From the NCBI GenBank assembly GCA_010093705.1, contig MU006089.1, positions 539,570-598,561 of the forward strand: a stretch of 58,992 nucleotides of DNA, given 5' to 3'. The notes below the pieces were generated by a model. It was given only the letters and a program-made list of their open reading frames with translations. It was not told the DNA's origin and did no database searches. Shown in pieces: positions 13,413 through 26,000 of this stretch. Position numbers and translations under genes: made by a program. The stretch's first letter is position 1. Each line of letters opens with the position of its first letter. This DNA comes from Patellaria atrata CBS 101060 (Eukaryota).

Positions 13413-14746
13413 GGTAAGTCTCTAGATAGTAGGTAAGTAAGCTTTTGATTTTTATTCAGCAAGGGAAGGGGTTGTTCCATTATGTCAATGATTTCAACGA
13501 CTTCTTCTTAATCGTTGGATGTTTAGATTAAGAGAAGGAAATGAAATATTCCTCAGACTCTCGTACTGCTCACTCCAGTACTTTTCTTCCCGTCTCTTTT
13601 CCTTGAAATAAAAAGAACTAGTGATGTGTTATTAAGATGCCAGATATGATATTTCTAGATTTCCACTTTGCATGATATATTGTGAGAACCTTACCGTCGA
13701 TATCGGATGTGGTGAGGTCGCGAGGCTACCATTCATTACTACAAAGACTGGTAATAAGCGATCGCTTACAACTAAAGTTTGAGGAAGTATTTCGATGTCA
13801 TGAGATATATCAAGGTAAATATAGACATAACCTTTCTACCTCTACTTAACATAGGAACTCTTGCAGAATGATCAACGACCGGGCATATAGACGAAAGCAG
13901 CTGGAGAGATCAACCTCGCTAGCCTGACACCGGCGGTCTGGTTGACATTTGGAGAAGTGTGGGAGATAATCTATATTGTGCAGCTACGTAGCCCTGAGTT
14001 CATAAGGCTCACCCGACGATTGAACGTTAAATGGGCTGGAAGAGAGTGCTGACGAAGAAATAGTATGGAAAGTGTGATAGAGTGATGATGAGCATGTATG
14101 CTGGGCTAAAGATAGTAAATTGACCGTTTCGGGAGTTAACAGCATTGATAAGAAACTGAAACTGCCGAGGAGGGTAACGTCCGGCCGTTTGGGTTGCGAC
14201 AAAATGTGACAGAAGGGCGATAATACATCAAAGAGCGGGGACGACAACCCTAGATAAAGCCACGGATATGGATAAAAGAACGCATAATACATACCAAAAT
14301 AGCAAAAGTTCATGCAAGGACGGAAGCAAATTGATTGCACGAAGATCGATCAGACTCGCACTGCAGCAGAGCTTGAAACGAAACATTTCTGTGTGGCGAC
14401 GCATGGGTTACTCGAGGCTCCCGATGGTGAAGTTGGAAACGTTGCATGCCGCGAAGATGGTACAGAAGACTGATGATAGAGAGACTCAGAAACGCCCGGC
14501 ATCCATGATCCACACGCTGGCGGGAGCGAAGGGAAACGTGTGGGTGACGTGCTGACGAGCAGAACTGACCGTGCCTCCTCTGCACCAAAAACACCGTGCA
14601 ACGCTCTTCAACTTCATGAACTGGATATAGACGTATCGATCACACCACAACGGCGAAGTTGGGAACCCAAAAAGAGACCGTGAGTCGCTTTCTCAACTCG
14701 ATATCTCGGTGGCGGGAAGATCCACGTAATGTACCTTTCTACCACG

Positions 14747-15947
14747 GGCGCTTCGCCGTTGAGATCTGTGTTTACGACTCGAATTCAGCGCATGACAAAG
14801 GTTAGAAAGCTGGACCATGATGGGGAAACGCTTGATCAATCAGAAGATTATCAGGCCCCGGCTGGCTAACCCGGGCGCTTCCGCCGCAGGTCAACCATGC
14901 CGCTATGGGGCCCGATTCCGTAAATCTACAGGCTTTCACGGGCTTTCAGGAACAAGAGTTAGAACATGAGTGGACTAGTACATGAAAGTACGTGCTTCTT
15001 TGCATGAATTTAACTGCATGATTGGACGGATGAAGTTCAATCTAAACTTGGCGGCGGGAAACAGATGTGATGTTCAAGCGCCAACCATATCAGAGAAAGC
15101 CCCTGTCTCGAGCAGTGTGACTCTCGGTAAGCAAGTTTAAGCATGCAACTCCAGCTTTCTTTTGCTAACGGAAGCTTTCAGGGCGCGAAGGTCCCGCCCT
15201 CAATTGGATAACGAGAATGAATTTCCTAGCCAGAGCTCGTGGGCCTGCCAAGCACCCAGCAGAAGAGAAAGTGGCACGAGTGGGAAAGAGATTCGGCGCT
15301 TCCATCTCGAAAACTGGACTCGAGGAAAGTCGAGAGGCTTGCCCGCTCCATCGTGTACGTTCCTGCACTTCGCTCAAGGAAAAGAATTTTTAAATGCTCA
15401 CATCACCCGGTACTAAGGAGGGGTAGTTCTACGGTAGCGTCAGTTAACGTAGAAGGTATCAAAATTAAGGAGTACGACAACCAAGCCAGAATTATTATTG
15501 TCGTCAGCACTTGTTCTGCAAGTATCAAGCAAGAGAATTCCAGATTTCAGTCGGGTTGATAATCTTCATTCGTACCTTTCGTCTCAACCCTCCATCTCCG
15601 TTTCGGTACGACGATTCGAAAGCGCCAGCTCCAACAGGATACAAGGGCGTTTATTTCTGGACATCGCCAAATTGGTGAAGGCCTGCAAAGTCAGCGCCAT
15701 CTCAATATTCGGCCATATCAATCAGCCTATCATAGCTATCATAGCCCTGTCCGATAGTCTGGCAGACAGCAGTTGGCGCCATACTTTTAGATACAGGTAT
15801 GTACCCGCTCTGCCTAAACCGTCTCTCTCCACCTTCATCAACTCATCCGACCCTCTTGCCTTCAAGGCTCAAGAAGCTGTCTGTGACGCGCTTCCGGCCA
15901 TAAGGTCCACTAGTCTGTCCAATCTTCCGTGCTTCTCGAAGCGCTTA
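14747..15947. promoter_or_regulatory. Cluster of GGCGCTT motifs upstream of the HAM-8-like gene (putative PRO1/ADV-1 sites)
   Basis: GGCGCTT on + at 14747, 14874, 15295 and on - at 15076, 15620. Near-matches at 15691 (-) and 15940 (AGCGCTTA). Confidence 0.55.
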
Positions 15948-16206
15948 ACCAGACAAAAACCTCTACACCCCCCATCTGTCATTCCTAATCTCTCTTCTCT
16001 TCGACAGCCGGCCTCTCCATAGTAATTCTGTGCGTTCATATTTCTGCTTCAACGATACTTCGTAGCTCTTGCGACTCGTTAAGCTGGACTATCAAGTCGC
16101 AGTGCTGTTGCCGATTTATCATTTTATCATTCACACACAATCTTCTTTTTTCCTTGAATTGTAGACGATTGATGACAACTTTCGTCTGTTCTCCGTGATA
16201 TAAGAG

Positions 16207-17851
16207 ATGGCAACCAACGATAAGAAGATTCCTACAGTAACGATTACCACTCGTCCCCGCGGATCATCTACCGACTCTTACGCCCCATCAATAAAGACAC
16301 CAAGAACAGCTCGCTTCGCCGAAGCAACTGCTGTCAATTCACCAATCGAGCCGTCAAAGGCAGGCCGAAACCCATTCCTAGATCCTCCCACCACAAATCA
16401 CTACATGCCTCAACCACAGCCCTCAGATATTGGCTTCGGCTATCTTTCAGACAACCGAACGTCGACACACGCCACTTATCCGACTCAAGGTGTAGAGATG
16501 GAGGACGATAACAGGTCTCTACGGCCGATTACTCCCGCACTAAGGAGTCCGCTAAAGAGTGCTATGAAATCCCCTGGTGCCGCTCCCAGAAACTTCGAAA
16601 ATCCCCTTAGTCCCACTTTTAAGGAAGAACAAGTCCTAGAAAAGCAAGAGGTGGACACGGAAAAAGAGCAAGCCAAAGACCTAGTAAGTGATCATGTATC
16701 TAGTTCGCTCGTCTACATTGTTAACGACCTCACAGAAAGTCAAATACAGAGTACGAATGGCAAAGATGGTATTGAGAGGAGTCAACTTCAGCTGTAGTTT
16801 GATCGTTCTTGCCATGCTTGCCACAGTCTTCACCATTTTCAACGCCACGAGAAATCTACCACCACGAAATAACTTACCTCCTTGGGCAAAGAACACCCAA
16901 ACTTGGCCCCAGATCACTCTCCTCGTCATTGCATGTATTTCATTGGCCATGTCCATCGTCGTCTTCTATGCCTATTTCAAAGGTGGACATAGACGAGCCG
17001 AAAAAGTTGCCCTCTACTACACCGTATTCGCCGTTGCATTCTTCATCTTCAGTATCGTCATGTGGGGTATCGGAGCCGGTATTCTCAATCAAAGCAAAGC
17101 GCAGGGCAACGGTCAAGATCTATGGGGCTGGAGCTGTAAAGACAACAAGCGACGGAAACTGTTCGAAGATGACGTTTCCTATGCGTTAATGTGCAGACTT
17201 CAGGTAAGCTTGAACACCTGAAACAAGAAGATAAGGGGTTATAACTAACGATTGAATTAGGACTGGTCACTCGTCTGCTGTATCATCGAAATCGTAGTTG
17301 AGACTCTTGTTATTATCATCTACGGGATCGTCTTCTACCGTTTCTGGAGCAAGCGCAAGCTAAGAAAGTCCATGGCCATCCGTGACCGCGCTCGTAGCGA
17401 TCTCTACCTTGCTCAACTACGCTCTCAATCCGCACCAAACACGCCCGGTCTTGGTCCCCTGTCTCCAGGTCACGGTGGTTTCAGACCCACAGGATACGTC
17501 GATCCTCACAGCGCCGCTGAGAATGGTGAGAGCCCGCAATTCCCCCGCGGTTTCGCCCAACCCAAGCCCTTCACCCTCATGGCACCTCCTCTCAAGGCCA
17601 ATACTGCGACACCAAAGACTGCCCAGACTGGCTTTGTCCCAACAGCAACAACGGTGTCAGAGATTCCGGCCCCACCAATGAGCCCGTCGTTTGTACCTAC
17701 ACAACAAGAACACATGCCCGCAGCACCAGGCGAGACTCAATACGCAGCAGTACCGATTCCGGGATCGTACGCAAGTCCCGTAGCAAGCCCGTCGTTTGCG
17801 CCTCAGCATCAGATGGGTTTCGATTTCGGTCTCCAGAATGAAAAGAGATAA
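16207..17851 (+). CDS. ham-8: MARVEL-like 4-TM protein, probable hyphal anastomosis protein HAM-8 orthologue
   Basis: Exons 16207-16683, 16736-17203, 17261-17851. TPRTARFAEATAV, KVKYRVRMAKMVLRGVNFSCSLIVL, GGHRRAEK, DLWGWSC, CRLQDWSLVCCIIEIVVE, RDRARSDLYLAQLRSQSAPNTPG. The family name is recalled, not searched. Confidence 0.7.
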
Positions 17852-18655
17852 GATGAGCCATTTGCATGCGTTTCTTTTTTGTAAATGGGTTCATGAAGCG
17901 GGATGGATTACTTGTATATGATAAAGAGTGGGACCGGGCCCAAATTTTCTTTTCTTCGTCTCTCTTTCAGATTTCCTTTTTTACTCTTATATTTCCTGCT
18001 TGATATCCGTGGTCTTGACGATGGCGTTGATTTGTCTTGGGGGCTTTGGGCTTTGGGATCTCCCGGGCGAAGGCTTTGCTGTGGTCTCACTCATTCAGAA
18101 TACTTGAATGTTGGACGTAATATATCCAATAAAAATCTTATATCACAACACGAAGAGTTTCGGTGTCTATGCCATTTGTGATGTTAATTGTTGGGATGAA
18201 GTATCCACGAAACTGTGAACCTGTACTAGGAAGCGCCAGAGAAAGTAGCATTACCTACGCTCAGGGGTTCTGAATCCATCCCTTATGTCTCATTTGCCAC
18301 TCAACTCCAAAATGTCTCTGATCGATTAGATAGCATATTCTGATGTCAATATGTACCTTAGTGTCCAAGCTTTCCCGATTGTACACCTTAAGCCGGGAGC
18401 CGAGGTATCTCCACAACTACCCCAGATCTTCACCCACTTCACCTCTATGTACCACCTCAAAAGTTAGGTCCACACCAAGTCCTACAACATGGGCTCTCCA
18501 GTCCACTACTACCGATACCTCAACCTCTCCTCTGAGTTCATACCAGCAATAAGTCCACATCCTCCCTAACCACACCCCAATCAGACCTGCCATAAACCTC
18601 CCCCATATACCAAAACATCCCTCCCCCCTCCGAAACAGGCCAAACCGCACGCACA

Positions 18656-19645
18656 ATGCCCCCCCAAACCCTCACCACCCTTCACGATCCTCCTGGGCAT
18701 AACCCACCAGATCCTCCTAGCGGGCATGGCTCACACCTCCACCGCCGGCGGCCTCGGCTACACCCCCCTCCCAACTGACCTCCCTAATCAGCGACCTCAA
18801 ATCCCGACTCTCGTCCCCCTTGCTCCCCTTCGGCGTCGACCTCGCGCTCCCGCAAGTCGGCGGCTCGACCAGGAAAACGAACACGGATTACACGCGCGGA
18901 CGGCTGGACGAGTTGATCGACATCGTGATTCGGGAATAGGCGCGGCTGTTCGTTTGTGCGGTGGGGGTTCTCCCGAGACGGGTGGTGGAGAGATTGCATA
19001 AAGCGGACATCGTAGTGATGAATATGGTGGGGCATCCGAGACATGCGGTCAAGGCGCTCGAGGCGGGGGTTGATGTCGTGTGTGCGCAGGGCGGGAGGGA
19101 GGAGGACATACGGGGGATATTGGGGGTAGTGTCCTCGTCCCGGCGGTCGTGGATACAGCGAGGGGGTATACGAGTCCGTTGACGGGGGAGCCGGTCATCG
19201 TTGTCGTGGTGGGGGGCGTGTGGGATGGACGCGGTCTGGCGGGTGCGTTGGTGCAGGGGGCTGTGGGCGTGTGGGTGGGTACGCGGCGAGTGGCGAGTGT
19301 GGGGGCGGGATGTTCGAGGGCGCATAAGGATGTGGTTGTTGAGGCGGGGTTTGGGATACGGTTAGGACGCTCGTGGTTAGTGGAAGGCCGTTGAGGTGTA
19401 GGGTTAATGAGTATGTGAGGCGGTGGGAAGAGAGGCCGGAGGAGATTAGGAGCTTGACGGCGGCGGGGAAGGTGCCGATGGTGGTGGATTTGGGGAGGGG
19501 AGGGAGGTTGATTTGTCGTTTCTTATGGGGCAGGTTGCGGGTGTTATTGGGGATGTTAGGCCTGCGGGGGAGATTGTGGAGAGTATGGTTAGGGAGACGG
19601 TGGAGTGTTTGGGGGGGGGGGAGAATGGGTCTGTTAGGGGGATGA
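18656..19645 (+). pseudogene. Nitronate monooxygenase / 2-nitropropane dioxygenase family pseudogene
   Basis: Fragments lie in shifting frames: ILLAGMAHTS, PFGVDLALPQVGGSTRKTNTDYT.GRLDELIDIVI, LFVCAVGV, MNMVGHPRHAVKALEAGVDVVCAQG, EGGGHTGD, GGVWDGRGLAGAL.QGAVGVWVGTR, DTVRTLVVSGRPLR, LMGQVAG. In-frame TAG at 18937-18939, several frameshifts, and the usual LAAAVSNAGGLG segment appears deleted. Confidence 0.85.
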
Positions 19646-20508
19646 GTAAGTTGTAGTAGGTTTGGACTATTTCCTCTATGGTTTATTTGGGCCTCTTCAA
19701 TTTGAGGTGAGAATGAATCTCCTGTTACGAAAGATTCATGTTTCTTAGAATCGATTAATACCACCCCGTATCTGGATCTCATTGTGTCTCAACAGAATTA
19801 TGAATACATACCTCCAGGTCAGATACCCTACGTGATTCTAAAAGAATTTCACATTCACCCTCTCTCCCCATCATAAATTTTCTTGTCGATGGCGGGAACT
19901 TTGGTCGCAATATAATACAGAGAGCAACGTTGTACAGAATTGAAGCTACACCCGAAGGATTGTGAGAGAGTCGAGGCTCTTGCGAATAGATCCAGGAGGC
20001 AAAAAAGGAGCTACTTTCTATAGCATTGCGGTGATCGAAACTCATCATGGAAACGTACCATAGTTAATTCTCGACCGTGGCCCTAGGTACCTTAATTCTC
20101 ATCATTGTGCGCTTTGTAGTCATAGTGGATTGAACAAAGAGCGTGAAAGGAGAGGAAGGGGAAAAGGGAATTCGTTTGATACGAGCATTAAGATCCCGTA
20201 GGTCGGATATTCTCACCCCAGTTATCCTTCGGTCCTTCCATTTTCTCCTATTCATGCGGTCTACATTTGGAAGCGTAAGCTGTTGGAAGGTACGGTTGGT
20301 GCTTCTTTCCTTCTTCGTCTGAGCGACCCCTTAAGATTTCGTCCATGGTTACGTCAGGATGGCAGGTGTGGAAGTCGCGTCCCTTGGGTTGCTGGAGTTC
20401 TCCTTTTCAAAGTGCTCGATCTTTTCTCTTTTCTCTTCTCTCTTTCTTTCTCTCTTCTTGTCTCTTTTTGTTCATCAGTTCCTAAGCTACTTGTTCTGAT
20501 ACCCAAAT

Positions 20509-21084
20509 ATGGTTTATCAAACCAATGGTGAAAAGGAGAAAGCTACGCATGAAGCCGGATATGAAGTATTTCGTAAAGCGGTGATTGACCATTACGCCAC
20601 ACGCATGGTATCTAAAGGATCTCCACCTCCAGTGAGCGACTCTGAGGCAGGGATCAAAACCAGTAATCCAAATAAGGCTCCGCAAGACGGCAACATTCGC
20701 GTCCCAACACCTTCTCCAAATCCGTTGAGCGCACTCGGGTTCCCGCCATTTACGTCAGTTACGGAAAAGGCCAAAGAGAGGAGAGCTGGCAAGGACATGA
20801 ATGATGCAGTACAACCATCGCCTTCTGTGAAGACCTCATCTGCTTCAAAGTCTCCCATACTCAATGGAAAACGCACTCTCGACCAGTGTATCATTGACCT
20901 CGAATCTGACTGTTCAGATCAGTGGGAATCCGGAATCTCCTCAAAAGACCCTAGCGGTGGTAAGAACATCCACAATGGACATCCTCCATTCAAGCGTACC
21001 AAGCGCAAAGGTACATTCAAGAAGAACACCAAACCTCGTTCAAAGCAACGTACGGATTCTAGTATGATTCTTATTCACCGATAA
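20509..21084 (+). CDS. Hypothetical 191-aa Lys/Ser/Pro-rich protein (may have further exons)
   Basis: Open frame with AAAT-ATG context and a basic C-terminal NLS-like stretch (KRTKRKGTFKK). No recognisable domain. Confidence 0.4.
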   Translation: MVYQTNGEKEKATHEAGYEVFRKAVIDHYATRMVSKGSPPPVSDSEAGIKTSNPNKAPQDGNIRVPTPSPNPLSALGFPPFTSVTEKAKERRAGKDMNDAVQPSPSVKTSSASKSPILNGKRTLDQCIIDLESDCSDQWESGISSKDPSGGKNIHNGHPPFKRTKRKGTFKKNTKPRSKQRTDSSMILIHR

Positions 21085-21925
21085 CATCATTTAAGCCGAG
21101 TTAACTCTCATTTCTAGCCTCTACCCAACCTGATGAAGATCTGATCGAACCAAGTGAGCATCACTCGCACATATCATTCTGCGTCACGTTGGTCTCAGAC
21201 TCGAGCACTGGTGATGGGAACCAGAATAGTGCAACTCTATCAGGGGTTAGTGACTAACTGTGGTGGTTCATGAGCCTGTATCAATGCTGATCATCTCACA
21301 CGTAGGAAATTTGCACTAACCTCCCAAAAAATCCATACGTAGGCATTTCAGCAAGGGATAAATCTGTTACATTCCATTCTATTGGTTAGGAGCCAGTAAA
21401 GAAGGTCGAACGACAGGGTATATCTTTCAAGCACGATTTCGAGCAAACAAGTTGATCTTAGCTGTATCAAGCGTGTGATCTGGCATTAATACTCTCTCTG
21501 TTTAGCACATTATCTGTTCGGCAATCTATTATGCTGGAGGTCTCGTCATCGAAGCACCAGAAAGTTCACAGATCTCTCATACATCTCTCATATTTCATGT
21601 TTTCAACCTCAACCAAAAGTAAAGAGGGACTCAATATCTCAGTAAACAGTCCAATTGCACAAATCTAGCAATCCACCTACTTACCAACTCCAACCCGCAC
21701 CAAAGCAGTTAGACCTCCTAAAAAAAAAAGAAACTCAAGCTCCATCCTAAAAATAGCTCAAGAGACCCACCTACGACACTCACGTCGCCCACGTCGATCC
21801 CGCGACATCCAGGGGCTCCGTTTCGAGTATCGGATCCAACACTTACAGCTCCCATCCTGTCTCCATACTTACCCCATACCTACTTTTTTCCCATCCTACC
21901 TTTCATCCCTCATACCCAGACCAAC

Positions 21926-22156
21926 CTATCGCACAAACGCCCCCGCCCTCTCATCTCCCAACCCAAGAACCCCCTCATCCCACCCATTCGCAACCAAAAC
22001 GTCCCGGAACACGCTGACGGGTAAAGAGTAGCCGGTCTTGGCCCAGCGGCCGTTAAACCAGGCCGCCAGCGCGTCGATCGAGGGGGCGAAATCGCGTTCG
22101 TCCCAGGCGCAGAGAATTTGGGCGATTATGGGGGCGTCGGGGAGGGGTTGGGCCAT
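21926..22156 (-). CDS. Small hypothetical protein (76 aa) next to an assembly gap
   Basis: AAAA-ATG-G context and protein-like composition (IAQILCAWDERD...SIDALAAWFNGRW...VFRDVLVANG). GC3-rich codons switch from C-ending to G/T-ending as in neighbouring real genes. Upstream CAG|GTAAGT donor at 22360 (-). Confidence 0.55.
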   Translation of the reverse strand: MAQPLPDAPIIAQILCAWDERDFAPSIDALAAWFNGRWAKTGYSLPVSVFRDVLVANGWDEGVLGLGDERAGAFVR

Positions 22157-22164
22157 TTTTTTTT

Positions 22165-22264
22165 NNNNNNNNNNNNNNNNNNNNNNNNNNNNNNNNNNNN
22201 NNNNNNNNNNNNNNNNNNNNNNNNNNNNNNNNNNNNNNNNNNNNNNNNNNNNNNNNNNNNNNNN
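22165..22264. other. Assembly gap (100 N)
   Basis: Run of 100 n flanked by T and A homopolymers. Confidence 1.
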
Positions 22265-23057
22265 AAAAAGGGGTATAAATAAAAGGGGTGGTTAATGGGG
22301 GGAGGGGAAAAAAGGAACGGGGGATTTTGAAAAGGGGAAATGGGGGAGTGGGGTACTTACCTGCCCTTTTAGTCAAACACCAAACAGATACCAGATACCA
22401 ATTATTGGAGGGAAGAGGAAGAGAAAGAGGAAGAGTCGCACTGCGATGTCTTTTTCTTTCCCTGGGCGGTGTTTTGAAAGGGTGACTTGCTGTTGGGGTG
22501 GGATGTGTTGGATGAGGAGGGATTAGTTCGTTGGCGTCAGGGTGAGGGTTTATATGTGCGTCGAGGAGATACCAAAAGGGGAGCGAGGGGAGTACGGGGG
22601 GATGAAAGAATGTGGTGGTCAAAGAGGGGGGATGAGGATGAAAGGAAAGAATAGGGGGGTAAAGGGGCTTTGTTTACCCTCTTTGTGGGTTCGGGGAGAG
22701 AAGGGGGTTGGAAGTTGGAAGTTTCGAGTATGGAAGGTGTGAAAGTAGATATGTGGACAATGAGTGGATAATAGCTTTGTAGTCCCATGTTGGAGTGAAA
22801 GAAAGGGGGAACCCGAGGATAGTGAATATGGAGGGATAATGGGAATCAGGTGTTCTTTGTGCTTTTTCTGAGTGATTGATATGGATATTGAGAAGTTGAA
22901 ACAACAAGAAAAATGGAAAGAATGCAAGTGTAATGGTCTTTGTTATTTTCCTATTATTCTTGTCGGTATCTACCCTTCTTGTGACTACCCAGGATTCCAC
23001 CAAGTACCTCCCAACGAGTCTGTTATTAGCATTCTCTAACTTGCATGGAGACAAACT

Positions 23058-26000
23058 CTAAGCCTCAGTAACTTCCTCGGGTATCACATCTCCCACCCTA
23101 CCCTCCTCACCACCACTCTCCCCACTAACCGCCTTTTCCTTCTCCTCTTCCTCTATCTCAGCAGCTTCCCAATCATCAACCACACTAGGCTTCCTCTCCT
23201 TCCCCCTGACGGCACTTTCCCAATCCTTCCCCACCAACTTCTCCTTCTTCTTACTCAGACTCAGCACGGTAAAACTATTGTTACCTCTGGCTGCTTGCGT
23301 CACCGGTGCTCTCGCAGGTGCTGCCGCTTTGGCTGCAACCTGACTCCAACCGCTGCTAGCGTCATCTTCTCTGCGTTCGAGGTTGAGCGAGGAGTCAAGC
23401 CGACAGAGCTGCACCCTCCCCACCGCCTGAGCGGCGAGGAGGTGCGTGACGACTGGTTTGAGATCCCTCAGCTCGTTTTCGACGTCACGGTCGCCGAGCT
23501 CGGCGGTGGCTTTGAGAACGATCTCCTCGCTCGGCAAGAAGGAGATATCGAGCTTAAGTTGCGGTTTCGAAGCCAGAGCGGGCCTGATGGCTGTTCGGAG
23601 CTCCTCGATTGTGAGGCCGAAGCGCGGAGATGTGATTAGGAAGCCGTTGAACGGATCTCCGACTAGGTTGCTTGCTTTGAGCTTCTTGCGGACTGTTTTC
23701 TCGGCTGAGGCGGTGGGATTGGCTGTGACGCGCTGGAGATATCGTATCCGTGCACATTCTGCGAGTGTCTTCACGGGAGCCATGACGAATTTTGGTGTCT
23801 TGAATATAGCGATGTGGCGATGAGGTTCTGGATCCATACTTTCGGAGTCGAAGCCGAAATCTTCAGCTAAGGAGTGCAGGAAAGCGCGTTGGTGTGACGG
23901 CATGGGCTTGAAGCGCAACCTCTTCTCTTCCGTGTCGGCGGCAAAGATGCGTAGGGTCTTTTCTTGATTTTGTGCCCATTTAACGTTTTCTTGGAACATG
24001 TTGATAGTCTCGGCGGAGTAAGGTACATGGTTGTCGGTGTGAGTTACTTGGTCGATATTAAGTGCCAGAGCCAACTTTCGGTTTCGCTCAAGACGAGCAC
24101 ACTCATCATCGCATTTGAGAGTCTTCGTACTATTTCCAGCAGTCCCTTTGACGGCATTGCATTTTGCCTCTTGCTTGATGTGCTGACAGTCGCAAGTGAT
24201 AAATATCTTGAACTGACACGGCTTGTCCTCCTTACAAGAATAAGGAGAATGACAACGCTCGGAGCATGGATGACCACAACTCTTCTCCTTCCCACATCCT
24301 TGTTGACATGCTGCCCAAGCATCCTCGCATTCGCTAGGTCTATGGCAGGGTTGGCGACACTTGTGAGAGCCACATTTCAACTTCTTCCCACAGACCTCTC
24401 CACATCGAACATCGTTGAGCCAGCATTGTTGATTCTTGAGTGTATTCCTGCCGCACATACAAGACTTTTGAGTCAAGAAAGGGCACTTCGGACATTCTTC
24501 GTCATCCTGATGACAGTTGTGAGGTACCTGAGGATGACCACAATCCTTCGCTCGTCCACATTGAAAGCGGCAAGGAGGTGGTTGCGTCCCACATGGTAAA
24601 GGAGGTTGAAGAACGGTGCGGCCACAGTTACAACCGATGTCATCAAAAATAGCTTCTCGGCAGCTCCCACATGGACCCTTATGGCAAAGCTCTTGACAAC
24701 TATGGTTACCACACTTCAGAAGTCGACCACATGGTCTCGTACAAATATGCTCCGCCTCGAAACCATCGTCAAATGGCCTGAGAGCTGAGTTTAAGGGACG
24801 AAGTTTTCGTTTATTCGACTGCCTCTCCGCGGCTTTCTTCTCTCCAGCACAGCAACGCTCACCACATTCATGTCTTCCACAGTTGAGACTAACGCGACAG
24901 ACACGGAAACATTGTGGTCGCTCTACCGTACCTTGATGACACATGGTGCTCGTAGTCGTACGGCCGCATCGGCATGTAATCGGAACACTCTGGAAGCATG
25001 GCATGCAGTCTCCGGAATGACAGACTTGCTGACATGGATGGCCACACGACAACAGTTTAAGGCATACCTTTTCGCAGTTCGGAATGGGATCCTCACATGT
25101 GGTTCGAGGAGCATCCGAGACTTTCGATAGTGGGGTTTTGCCGCACGGACAATGGGAGACAACATTCGGAGAACGAGGGCAGTGAGGTGGATCCGGAAGC
25201 TGAATATGACATGTCTTTTCGCAATTGTGCTTGCCACAGCCGAATGCACGGTTGCAAACTTTCCCACAGTCAAAAACACAGGTCCACCGCTCCAGAACTT
25301 CTTTTCCGTCTTGATTCATATGTGATATCGAGCTGAACTTTTCATCCTCCTTATCACAACACAAAACATCTTTTTCTGTCTGACCGCAGTAGCAACGGGA
25401 GGGAACAAGGACCTCGCATGCTCCACAAAGACCTTCATGACAGGGTCGCTCGCAATAATGGTCTCCGCAGGGCATCAACTCTCCACACACCTGACCACAG
25501 CTCCAGCCATTTTCGTAGTCTGTATCTATGCACCGTTTGGTACTAACATCTTTCCCACAGAAGCAACTTTGCGCTGGACCCATCTGCGAACATGGAGGGC
25601 AAGGGCCGGCATGACATAGTTCGGCACATCTATGAGGGCATTTCTTTGGTATTACTCGAGATCTTGAGCAAGTTTGCCCGCACGAGAAAGGAGGTAACCC
25701 AGGTTCCGACTTAGGATCGATTTCCTTTTCGCACCAGCATGTAAATGACTTTAGTAAGGTATCCTTGGGTAGATTACAACCAGGGCATCTCCATTGTCGA
25801 GGTGGTGGTATGTCTCCATTTTGGGCCTGTTGCTGAGCCATTGCGGAACCCTCATTTGAGGACCATTTCTTGATACAGGTCATGTGAAACACCGTCCAGC
25901 ATGTCCTACAACTCCATACCTTTGAATTTCTGTAAACTTCATTCGTACATATGGCACATTCATAATGTCCATTGTCGATATCCTCATGTATCCTTGTAGC

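Noticed and set aside
13984..16022. Short ORFs upstream of the ham-8-like gene (e.g. 15498-16022, 14268-14555)
   Set aside because: No domain, mostly non-ATG starts and no splice chain. They are better explained as regulatory DNA and 5' UTR.
18937..18939. Premature TAG as a target for A-to-I restorative editing (TAG to TGG), as known in sexual stages of some ascomycetes
   Set aside because: The gene also has several frameshifts and a deletion that editing cannot repair, and I do not recall Trp being typical at this position.
22351..22376. Branch-like TTGACTAA plus CAG|GTAAGT as a recursive or zero-length-exon splice site
   Set aside because: CAG|GTAAGT is simply the optimal donor context, and no convincing upstream donor was found.
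23295..25619. Multiple + strand ORFs opposite FAP1, and similar antisense ORFs over NAT9, RPT4, APE2, BEM3, AVT and Mug190
   Set aside because: Shadow ORFs of real coding sequence, mostly with non-ATG starts.
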